Assembly (NCBI GenBank): GCA_004022145.1
Contig: RCNU01000009.1
Length of the DNA stretch: 64,000 bases
Reading direction: 5' to 3' (one strand)
From: Paecilomyces variotii
Lineage: Eukaryota
Part shown: piece by piece, positions 26,526-37,953 of the stretch
Layout: the number at the start of each line of letters is the position of its first letter
How positions within the stretch are numbered: the stretch's first letter is position 1
Notes under the pieces: model-generated
Database searches by the model: none
The model's input: the letters and a program-made list of their open reading frames with translations, nothing else
What the model was told of the DNA's origin: nothing
Program-made: the position numbers and the translations under genes

Positions 26526-28213
26526 TTAACCCTTGGCAGCACCCGCCTTGATGAGCAGGATATCGCCATCCTCCACTACGTAGTCCTTGCCCTTGGTCAT
26601 GACCTTACCAGCGGCCTTGACCGCGGCTTCGTCACCGTACTCCTTCAGAGTCTCAAAGTTGAAGACAATAGCCTGGATGAAAGTCTTCTCGAAATCTGCA
26701 GAACAGAGCATCAGTATCTACGATTAATCACAACTTATGATGGATGTGCTTACCAGTGTGGATAACACCAGCGGCCTGAGGAGCCTTGGTGCCCTTGCGG
26801 ATAGTCCACTGTCGGACTTCGTCCGCACCGCAGGTGAAGAAGCTGCCCAGGTTCAGAACCTGGCGCATGGTCACAATGACCTTGGGCAGGGCCGATTTGG
26901 TGCCCAGCTTCTTGCACTCCTCCTCGGCCTCAGCATCGTTCTCAAAGCGGGTCAATCGCTCCTCGAAAGAGACGGACAGCGGAATGACTGGGTCACCGGC
27001 AGAGTGCTCCTTGATCCACTCCGCGACCTTGGGAAGATACTTGTTCTTCTGGCGGATGTAGTCCCTCTCGCTGAGGTTGACCAGGTAGACGACGGGCTTA
27101 GCCGTGAGGAGGAACAGAGGGTTGATCACCTCGACCTAATCGCGTCATGGTCAGCACATGCTGCGCGAAATGCAAATTGGCAACAAAATATAATGATCCA
27201 TTTGTGCTTGCACATATCAGGTAGGGTTTCTTCTCAATGTGACCTCAACGTGAGATGAAACGAGGCCACTCGACGAGCTGGGTTATATTATCGAGCTAAA
27301 GCTCTTATTCATCATAATAAAGCGCAGCAAAAAAAATAGACCAAAAAAAAGGTATTAACCACATACCTCCTTGGGCGTCCAGTCACCCTTGCGGACATCC
27401 TTGCCGTCCTTGAGCCACTGGAGGACCTTAGCCACGGTGGCCTCCTCTTCCTTCAGCTTCTTCATTTCCAAACTCTGACCACCACGCTTCGTCTGCTTCT
27501 GCAGGGACTCGAGGGCCTTCTCGACGAACTCGATATCCTTGATGCGCAGCTCCTCGCTGATGATGGTCAGATCACGGATGGGATCGACGTCACCCTCGAC
27601 GTGGATGATCTCTGCATCATCGAAACATCGCACCACCTGGAAGATGGCATCGACGGCACGGATGTGCGACAGGAAAGCGTTTCCCAGACCAGCACCGGTC
27701 GAAGCACCACGCGTCAGACCGGCGATATCGTAGACTGTCAGGTTGGCAGGCACCTGCGACTTGGGCTTATAGTGCTCGCACAGCCAGTCGAAGCGGGAAT
27801 CAGGGACAATGACACGCGCTTCTTCTGGGTCGATGGTGGCATACGGGAAGTTAGCCGGGTTACCCAGCGAACACTTGGTGATCGCCTGGAAGAGCGTCGA
27901 CTTGCCAACGTTGGCGAGACCGACCTGGAGTCGAGAACATTATTATTAGTTTCAGTGCTGCGCGACGAATTCACATTGTGGAAGTGTCGTGAAGGAAGAA
28001 AGAAAAGACAAGAAAAGATAAAGAAGAAAAAAAAAAAAAGAGAAGAAATTGTGTGTGCGTGGGAGCGGTGGGAATAAATAAGTAAAGGGGAGAGAGAGGC
28101 TAGAGAGAAAAAAATTTAGTTCGGCAAGTCTCACATACGATACCGCTCTTCAGGTTGTTCCCCGGACGACCGAGAAGCACCTTTTCTTCCTTCACGGCCT
28201 TCTTGGGACCCAT
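26526..28213 (-). CDS. OLA1: Obg-like ATPase 1 (OLA1/YchF), 4 exons
   Basis: GRPGNNLKSGI-VGLANVGKST, NFPYATIDP, DIAGL, GLGNAFLSHIRAVD, APQAAGVIHT, KDYVVEDGDI. Confidence 0.96.
27213..27320 (-). ncRNA. snR69: Box C/D snoRNA snR69 homolog in OLA1 intron 2; predicted guide for 25S Cm2948 (yeast numbering)
   Basis: C box ATGATGA 27315-27309; D box CTGA 27220-27217; AACCCAGCTC (27284-27275) is complementary to 25S GAGCUGGGUU and precedes a D'-like TCGA, so the +5 rule lands on the C. Confidence 0.82.
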
Positions 28214-28831
28214 CTTCTTTCCCTTTTTCTTACTGGAATAGGGACGGCGACAGATAAAAAGGTGGGAGGCTAAAGAGGTGGTGGAGGTGGAGGAGGAGGA
28301 GGAGAGGAAAGGCGGGAAGGCGGAGGGAGGGGTCGGCCGGGCACAATGCTTGAGATGGGATGCAAGAGCAGGACCAGCTGCAGACCGTGCCAACCGGAGG
28401 GGGAGAGAAAGGAAGAAGAGGGAAGACTGGAGGGAAGACGTGGTGAACCAGAGGAGGGGCAACCCGCAGAGACAGGCTGCACCAAAGCTAAGTAGAAGAG
28501 TGGCGGGGTAAAGAGTAAGGTGTGATGGGCAATAATTCGTTAAAGTTGCCTTGATTATTAGTTCTAGTTAGAGTCTGCAAGTGAGGGGAAATCAGAAGAA
28601 AAGGCGCGTTCTCTTTTGCTGGCAACGAAAAAGTTCCGTGGGAAGAAGATCGTTGGTTGGCGGTTGATAGGTAGTCATGTGATTCCAGTCTGCCCTAGGC
28701 ATCTTTACTAGTTACTATCAGAGTAGAGGAGATAACTAGATCCTATGTTTGAAAAGACCATGATATGCATTTTGCAAGCACACTAGTTGCATGTTAATTT
28801 AAGCCACAAAGATGCTGGAAGACCTTCCTGT

Positions 28832-29605
28832 TCAATCTTGTTTCAAGATAGAAATATGCTGAGAGCCCCCCTCAATAGCGTATCGTAAAGAACAAATAGA
28901 AGAATTCACAGTTATAAGCACCAAACGCCTTTTCCCAACCGTCCATTTCATCCCATCCAGGTCCTTTCCATTTGACCATATCTGATGTATTATCAGAGAG
29001 AAGAACTCCATAGTGGTCCTCCATGGCCTCCACAATGTCCACTGAAACAGTAGACTGGACTTATTCTCGTCCCATATTTCCACGTCGAAGTTGCGTTCAG
29101 CTAACATTATATTATATTAGCTTCATTCCTTCTCATCTACAATAATTACCTATAGATAAACTCACCCAGCTTTGCTATGTTCAAGCATCTTATTCTCAGC
29201 ATCAACGACCGAACCGCGTTGAGTGAAGGTAAACCAGGCACAGAAACCCAGCATAAGAATCGCCATCATAAGGAGCTTTCTCTTCGTAGCACGGAGACGA
29301 CAGAATGAGATCACAGCGCGTATCTTCTTCGCAATGTATTCAATGAGGTCCAGCAACAGCAGCATCTTCAGAAGGATCCAGTGACTCAGAGAAGTGGCAC
29401 GTATACCAGCTTCTGCCGCAGGATCAATACGAGGTTCGTACATTCCCAGGTAAGTGTCAGGAGAGAAGGCAAGCCATTCGCGAGGGAACATAGTGCCGTC
29501 ACTCAGCGTGGGCCAGGGGAAGTCCAGATAGGAGGTCGAGACACCAAGCATAGCCAGCCGGTCGCTGAGCCAGCGCTGGACTATATGCTTCACAGACATA
29601 AGCAT
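28832..29605 (-). CDS. Putative orphan membrane protein, 2 exons (29605-29166, 29100-28832), ~235 aa
   Basis: Two ORFs joined in phase by a canonical GTGAGT..GCTAAT..TAG 65-nt intron; hydrophobic segment LLMMAILMLGFCAWFTF. Confidence 0.55.
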
Positions 29606-30157
29606 ATTGGGCTATGATAGTGGGTATGTTCAAGATGGAGAAGATGAAAGGAGTTCTCGCAGTTCACAGTTCGACTGCTTGCAGTAAAGTGACGTGAACA
29701 TGAGCGGAAGATGTCGATACAGACAGTGAAGCAGGATAACATGTTGGATAGGCATGGCTGGATCACACCGCCTTGCAAGCATCAGGAAGCTGGAAAGAGG
29801 CAATTCCGTTATTCTCACCAGGCACTATACTGGGGTACATTGCCTGTGAAAAGGGAAGAAAGACAAAGCGTCAATAAAACTAGAATAGCTTGGATAAACA
29901 GCAGAACTAAAAGGCTCAAGGAACAGATGAAGAAAAGTAGCCACCAGTCATAAACACATGCGCACGCGATATAAGAAAGTAGAGGAGCAATTGGTATGTT
30001 ACAAACTACAAGAAGAACAGAAAAAACCATCCAAAACCTACTGTAGCAGAATAATAGGACTTGGCCCTGTCCCGTACTGAAAGAGACCCCATTTCCTCGC
30101 TCTCCCGTAAATGCCTTTATGAACGCCAGAGAAAAATGAACCACACAATACCGCCTG

Positions 30158-33100
30158 TTAGGTCTCCATAGCATCTCCTTGACCGGACTCCTCGTGCAGA
30201 ACCCCCAGTAGTTTTGCATAGGGCACCGTAACCCGTTGAAGATCCCGATGCTTACCTATAGAGTTGTCAGTAATCGGACACGGTAGTAAATGGTCTTTGA
30301 TAATAAAGAGAATACTCACCTATGGCTAGAAGCACCTCCTTCAATAAGACGTCTCGTGGCCAGCCACAGAGAGTGTCAGAGCCATCCTGCCAGTTCCTGC
30401 CCTCTTTTTCGTTTGCCTGCAGTTTCCGCACAGTATCCGTCTCGTCTTCCTCTTCGAAGATACCGCCGACCAGAGCCTTCAGTAACTCCTCGACCTTCAG
30501 CTTAAGCCCTTCAGCCCCAATGCGCTTGGCATACATCGAGAGGTAGAGGCGGAATTCCTCCTTGGCTCCCAGAGACAACGCTGCTGCCACACGATTCTCG
30601 AGGTGAGCAATGGAGACACTCGACTCGAAACTCTCGTAACCCTCCCGGGAGAGAAGAACTTTGATGAGACGCTGTAGGAAGTATGCCCGACCACGGAGCA
30701 GTGTTTCACTCGTCGTATTCCGCTCCAAGAACGGAATAATGCCTGCAGAGACGGTTCTCTTCGTTTCGCTGTCCTGCTCAGCACCGGAGGTCCGGATGTT
30801 GCCGACTGAGACGTCTGTTGTGTTCCAGTATTGACTTCCGACGGCCCACCAGGCTTCCGAGATTCGCTGCCATGTATACATTGCCTGAGAGTATGTATAG
30901 CCTTCGCCATTCGAGAGTGCAACAACGATACGTCCTTCAGAATTGATCCGCGCGTTGGTGATCGCGGGTGCCGGCGTCGGATGTGCAGTCATGGTATGTA
31001 TAGCGGCGTCCAGAACAGGCTGGAGAGATACTGGGGGATGCGGTGACGAAAGCGTCTTTACGTTCCAGACATAGCACATGCCAACCGCAGATATAGCGAG
31101 AATCCAAGGACCGTGGGACTCGAGGATGACCGGCTGAGCCTCAAGCACCAAGGCACTGACAAGTCGACGACCTGCAGGGGTCCAGATATATATCGAACCG
31201 TCTTCGCACGCAGCAGCCCACATGCCCTCATTTCCAGTCACCAGAAGCACGGTTCTTGGCAGGAAATCCTGCCATAAGGGCTGGTCACCTTTAGTCAAGG
31301 TGATGCGGACTGGTTCTCGATCCGCCGCTCTGCCAGTCAACGTTGCTGGCGGAGGGTTCCGGGCCTCGAAAACGAGGTCCGCTCGAGACTTGCTCGAATC
31401 ATTTGAAGCGCTTGGCGGCTCCGTAGGATCGCCATTGGCATCCAAGGCACGCACGATTTGATTGCGCACCTTTGGAACAGCTAGTCGAAGCTGACTGATA
31501 GTCATGCAAGGGTTGGTCACTGCAGGGCGTATAAATTCCGGTGTAGCCTGTTGCCCTGTCACGGGGGGTTGCGATTGCGCCGGAAGAAGGCCATCTACCG
31601 TGTTCGAAAGGATGGCCGTCGCACCGTTCTGACTTGCCAATGCTATGCGCTTTTCTACCTGGCCCTCTTCATCGCCTTCGATCTGTGCCAATTTGCGCTT
31701 GTTTCCAAACAGCAGCGCCGCCAGACCGCCTTTTGGCAGTGCATCGAACGGCTTAGAGAGATCGACGATGGACTGCGGTGCATCGGCTTTGGCTTGGTTG
31801 CTCACAGTAGCAGCCATAAGTCGGGCTTGGGGAAGAGAAGACTGCGCCGCGCCGGCTCCTGAGACTAGCAGTGGTTGTATACGCTTTTTGCCTTCTTTCG
31901 TGTATGTAGGACGCTGCTTCAACCTCTCCAGCTTGGCCTGGTATGGATCAGGTTTCTCTGGTTCAGTAGCTGACGGTGCAGCTGTGCCATTGGTCTGGGC
32001 CTTTGCTGGCTCTGCGGACGGAGACGGACCGCCAGCAGGAGTTGTACCGTTGGTCGTAGGTAGCGCTGGAGTTCCATTGGTAGGTTCATTTGAAGGATGA
32101 TGATCTCCCATCAAGGCACCCATCCTGCCCTCGACATCCTTGATCTCGCCGGCCTTGCTCTTTTCCTCGAGCAGCAAGCCATCAGTCGTCTCGGGAATGC
32201 CCGCTCCCCTTCTGTTTGTTCCAAACTTGGTAAGCGATTTCTCATTTTCCTCCATAGCCATTGGAAATCCTAGCTCCGCATCCTCAAATCTGACGGCGAC
32301 AATTGTTCCGTCAAGAGCACAAGCAAAAAGACATTTGCCGTCAGGAGACCAGGCAAGGTCACAGATCGACTTTGATGCAATATCTTGTGTGATGACAATG
32401 GGTCGAGGGTTGCTGGTGATCCAAACACTCAATGACTTATCTCCTCCAGCGCATGCGATAACAGTGACCAGATTGTGCATGGCATGACCTTGACTGTCGA
32501 CCGTCGGCTTATCGATCGGTTGGCTGGAATACAGTCTCGGAGAAAAGGCGCAAACCTCCACCGGCGCTTCATGCCCGATCAGATGGATGTCCCCATCCCA
32601 AGAACCACGGTTGATAATGGCGACTGAGCTAACAGGTCCGTTGACCGCGTTGGCAGCAGCTATGTGCATGCCATCCGGCGACCACGAGCATCGACGGAAG
32701 TACGCAGTCAATGGCGAATTAGCAAATGGGGCGATTATTGTGTGTTCGAGAACGAAGTTGTTCATCTGATCATGGGCGGTAGAGTTGGGGGCGGGAGAAG
32801 TAAATCGAAAGATTCGCACGGTCCGATCATCACTTGCGGTAGCAAAATACTTGTTTGCCGGATCAAATGTGATTCCCTTAACATGACTCTGGTGATTCGA
32901 CAGAGTCTTCAACTTCTCAAATGTATGCCCAGACCAGACAACGACTTTGGAATCTAGACCGACGGAGACGAGGATCGAGGAATCGTACGACCAGCCGAGA
33001 TCTTGCACATCATTGTCGTGCCCTATTAACCTTCGTATCGTACGCCAATTCTCAACCGGAGGCGCTTCATTCGTCCCTAAACCCGCACAGAAACACAATG

Positions 33101-33758
33101 TCAGCCAGGGGGCCTCTTGCGACAGAGAAGGTCATAGGTCCCTACCAAACGTCGACGCATGCGAGGGCGGGTTTGAATCCAATGTATATACGCAAACAAT
33201 CTTATCATCCGCTCCCGACGCAAGGTACCTCCCATTTGGCGAAAACCGAACCGTGTGGATTGTCCCCGAATGGTTGCTCATGGAAGCCAGCTGCTTTGGC
33301 TTGCTGGCGTAGGCAGGGTCGGCAGCGTTGTAAATGGCCTCCGTAGACCATATCCGAACGTATCCATCTATACCAGAAAGCAACTCGTCAGAACATTGAT
33401 CTCATCCATGTACACGAAGGGCGCGCGGAGAACAAATTCCCATATCGCGAAACGGGATCCCCTCGCGCACGAGACAAAATCACGAAAAAAAAAGGGCGTC
33501 CGCATAGAATCATATCATCTCACCTCCAGCTGCCGTAACCAATCGACTACCATCCGGAGACACATCACAACTATAGACCTCGAAATCCTTCCGTTCGCCT
33601 ATTATCCAAGAGCAAAAAAAGGCACACGTTAGCAAAAAATCGTTCGACGCAGTCTAACCAAACGACCCCCCCTCTCTCTCCCCAAAGCTTCCTCCCGCTA
33701 TAGAAAAGTCCCAATAAATACCTCCATGTGTAAGCCACACGGGCTTAATGATATGCAT
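30158..33758 (-). CDS. HIR1: HIRA/Hir1 histone chaperone, 5 exons
   Basis: MHIIKPVWLTHG start, WD40 repeats (GHDNDVQDLGWS), B-domain TKEGKKRIQPL, HLENRV, KHRDLQR. Confidence 0.95.
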
Positions 33759-34608
33759 CGTGACAACTGGCTGGTGGCGCTTTACTGATTATTATCTATT
33801 ATCGTTTCTGCGCGCGCGCGGATCTCGGGGATTCCGGTAGGTATCGAGACGATCACTGAATAGTTGACGTGGAGGACGAGGAGCTTAGTTGGAGCATCGC
33901 AAAACCAAACCGATCGATCGCACGTTCCCGTTGGTTTCTTTCGTGCTGGGCGTGTAGTTATATTGGATTGAAGAGATGCGGCTTGAGGATGCTTGATGCC
34001 CGCTCCTGGACGCAAGGCCTGCGGTTGATAGATGGAAGGCAGGAATGATTCTGGTATTAAATGAAAGGCGGCTTTGCTTGCTCTCAAAAAGTCGCGATCC
34101 CCCCCAGCTTTCCTCGCGCGGGAGTGGTTGGCCCGAGCTCCACCGCGCCAGCGGCTGCAGGCAGGCAATCGGAATGGTTCAGAGATATCTGGTTACGCAA
34201 GGGCGCTTAATTAACGGTGACAGCAGAGGGCGATGATAGTTATCCTGGAGTGAATGTGGAATAAAATGGAACTAGATGTCCGTCTACTTCTGGACTGAGA
34301 CACGACTTGAAAACATGTTATACGTACATATTCCGCTTATACTCCTTTTAGATCTCTGATCAGGGGGTGCTATATACAAAGGTACCAGAAGACCGTTTGA
34401 CCAGTATGCACGCTCGACGTTCATGTCGTCGCTGAAGTACTGCTCATACACGGACTCCCAGAGAGGATGCTAAGAGATAAAGGATGGGGTGGCGGCCAAA
34501 TGGAAATAAGGAAACTAACTCTGTTACAACACAGTGATGCAGAAGGGAAAAGGTCATACAAATGCGTGGCTTTCCTGAACGCTTGAGGAGATGGACCATC
34601 TGTGCCGT

Positions 34609-36099
34609 CTATCTCCTTTGTTGGTTGGCCTCGTCGAAGCCATCAAGAACGCTCTTCGCGACGTCGCTTTGTCCGACTCCAGATCCGACATCAGATGCCT
34701 CCTCCGTAGTTCCAAACTCACTTTCGGTGTGCTGGTCCTGCTTAGGCTGAGGAGCAGGCTCCTCAGCAGGCGTCTGGACACCAATTGCCTTAGCTGCCAA
34801 AGCCTTTGCCTGGCTCTCACTGACCTTGCCGTAGACAGCCATAGCACTTGCGATCATGCCGCCAATGTCACCAACGTTTCCTGGCACCACGACGGCAGTG
34901 CCCTCGCGCGCAAGGTTACCAAAGGCATCAACATACTTCTCAGCGACGCTGAGGCTAACTGCACTCTGTGCACTCTGCTCACCCTCGCGGATGGCCTTCG
35001 CAACAGCTTCAATTCCCCTTGCGGTAGCCTGGGACTTCAGAAGGATAGCTTCAGCTTCACCGGAAGCTCGGTTGATCTGCTCCGCGCGCATAGCTTCTGA
35101 AGCCAGAATAACCGACTGCTTGCGACCCTCTGCGATGTTGATCGCGCTCTGTCTCTGACCCTCGGACTCAAGAATCTCAGCCCGCTTGGAACGCTCAGCT
35201 GTCACCTGACGGTGCATCGCGGCCACGACTCCCTCAGGGGCATGGATATCTCTGATCTCATATCTCAAGCAAACAACACCCCAGTCCTGCGCCGCTTCAT
35301 TGATAGCCTGGGTGATGTTGGTGTTCAATGTCGCACGTTCCTTCAGAACGTGGTCGAGCGTAAGCTGACCGATCTCGGAACGCATCGTCGTCTGCGCAAG
35401 TTGGGAGATGGCGTATTCAGCGTCCTCAACTCCGTAGCTATTGAATTTAAAATAAGTTAGCTATGGCTTTATATAGGACACTCGTGCTTTCACTATGCAA
35501 CATGAAACCGCATCACAGCGAGTCGACAGTCCGAACGGACAGTTCCGCAATCGACATTCAAGAAAACAATCTTACCTAGCCTTATACGCATCAAAAACTC
35601 TCGTATAGAGCACTCCATCCAGCTCCAACGTCACATTATCCGCCGTAATGGCATTCTGACTCGGGATTTCAATCGCCGACTCCTTCAAGCTCTTCACATA
35701 GGCAATTCGGTCTATGAACGGGATCAAAATAGCCAAACCCGGTTCAAGGATCCGGTTGAACTTTCCCATCCGTTCGACAATCCATGCCGTCTGCTGGGGA
35801 ACGAAGCGGATGATGGTGTTTGCAGGGAGGGATGAGCGATGCGAGAAGTATGTGGTCGGGACACCCCCGGAGGAAGAGGAAGAGCTGCCGGAGGCAAAGC
35901 TGAGGAGAGAAGAGTCGGGTGCTTGGGATTGAGAGGATGAGGTCAGGTTTCTTCGTCGGACATTGGTGAGCCCATATGTCGATGTCGGTCTTGTGCCTGC
36001 AAGCAAGAGACGGCTATTCCTGGCGGTTTGCTGCAGGGCTTTGGAGCAATTGTCGGGCGACCGAAGTAGCGTCAATGACCGAGCGGCCGCCTCCATCAT
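34609..36099 (-). CDS. Stomatin-like protein 2 (SPFH/band-7), mitochondrial, 2 exons
   Basis: FVPQQTAWIVERMGKF, AITADNV, AQTTMRSEIG, AERSKRAEILESEG, VAEKYVDAFG. Confidence 0.93.
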
Positions 36100-37953
36100 G
36101 AATAGAGGTAGAACCTGCGGTCCAGAAACGAGGGTGAAGTCACGGTTGGTGAGGAGACACCGAGATGCGGAGGCTGGACAAGCTCGGCCGTTTGGAGGAC
36201 TAAGCAGAGCTGCCTGGGGAGTTTCCAGTCGTTCGTCGTTCGCCGCGGCATTGCGCGGGCGCGGAATAACAATATGTCCGGCTAAGCTCAGTACTTTTGT
36301 GATGCTTCGTAGTATAATTAATTTAAAGAGTCGGAATAGCTCAATATATTCGCAAATTATTATTGTATCTTCGATTATCTTTGCTTTTTGTATTCAGATA
36401 CGACCAAGGCGGTATAAACTCCCCCGCCCAAGGGACAACGCGGTCACCATATAATAGAGCCCAGCTGGGGAAAGACGGCAGCAGGCCTGCCGGTTTGCCT
36501 TTAGAAATTCCCAGACACTACACACAAGACAGAGACAAAGACCGAGCCAGAGACGATGAGGGACTGAGGAGAGAGATAGACCGTTCGTAAACTAAGAACG
36601 AGAGACAGCACCCGTGACTCGGGCCCAATACGCGATCAATTCGCCATCACATACAGATGTTCAAGGTCTCCATCAAGCTCGACGAAAGAGACGCTTGTAG
36701 ATACATCGACTCCTGCTATGCAAAACATTCGACTTAACGCCTCACATAAGTCACCCTGACAGAAGAAGGCAGCAGGGTACCCCGTGGAAGTTCTCCGCAT
36801 TGGACGAAGGGAGCCACGAAAGGGCTGGAAGAAATAGCAAACTAGCCTTTCTCGTTTCTTTGTTGAATTTCATATTGTGACAGAGTGGGTTTTCTTCTTT
36901 TTTCTGAAAGCAGATCGGATCCCCGCTTGAGCTTTTGTTCTTTTTTCTTTTCATGCTTATGCTCGCTAATTCCGGAACACAACAGCAGCGACATAATAAA
37001 CAGATTAGCGAAGTGGATAGTAAGAAATGTCTCTATGGTCATGGGGAAAAAGCAGAAATTTTTGGCCCGGCGCAGAAGCGACCAGGAAGGTGGGAGATGC
37101 TATCTGCCCCAGTGAATCATACCAGGACGCCACGAATACTTGAACCACCCATGACTGAAAGAAGAAATAAAGACGAAGAACAGATCGAGGTTGCGGATAT
37201 GCGCATGTTGCACTTCTTTGCGTTGTGCGATGCCATTCCGTCGCCTCGCACAAATAAAATGCAAAACTAGAAGGATGCAGGTCATAACAAACAAGTTAAA
37301 AAAAAGATATATCGAAATCATCCCTTCAGGTTGGCTTTCAAAGTTGCATCGAGAAAAGCTCAGACGGCCTGTGATGCCTCGAGTCGATCTCTTCTTTTGC
37401 ACCAGACATGAACCGGCCAAACACATGGCTGAACTCAAGTAATCCAGGTCCTCTGCAATGTCACCGGCATTATCGACTGCTTGCAGTTAAAGTAAGGTGA
37501 AATCGAATAGAACTGCCGGGTCCGCGAAGCGCCTCCCCTGAGAAATATCATCGAAGGTTAAGACCCCTAGATTCATTGTACATTTTTGCATTCAAATTTT
37601 CAATCAAGAAATACGACCAGAATTCGTATAAAACGGGCGTATAATGGTCGCCGTCGCAGGTTGCCCTTGAATTTCATTTTCTCAAGGCCTCATCCGAAAA
37701 AAAAGTGTTGCAGAATAAGGGTTTGAAAGAAAGCGGTGCAATCACTGCATCTTTCTTTGTAGCCGTAGTCTTAAGTCTGATCACAGATCGTTGCAAACAT
37801 AAACACATCGGAGCCGATCCGCTAACGTATCGGCATATCCACATTTCGCTGAACTGTTCGAAATTAGATTTTTACCTTGTCACAATTTTCGAAATGGGAT
37901 GTACCTAAATCAATAGGCCATATCAGCCAAAGAAAGAATGCAATCTCTATGGA

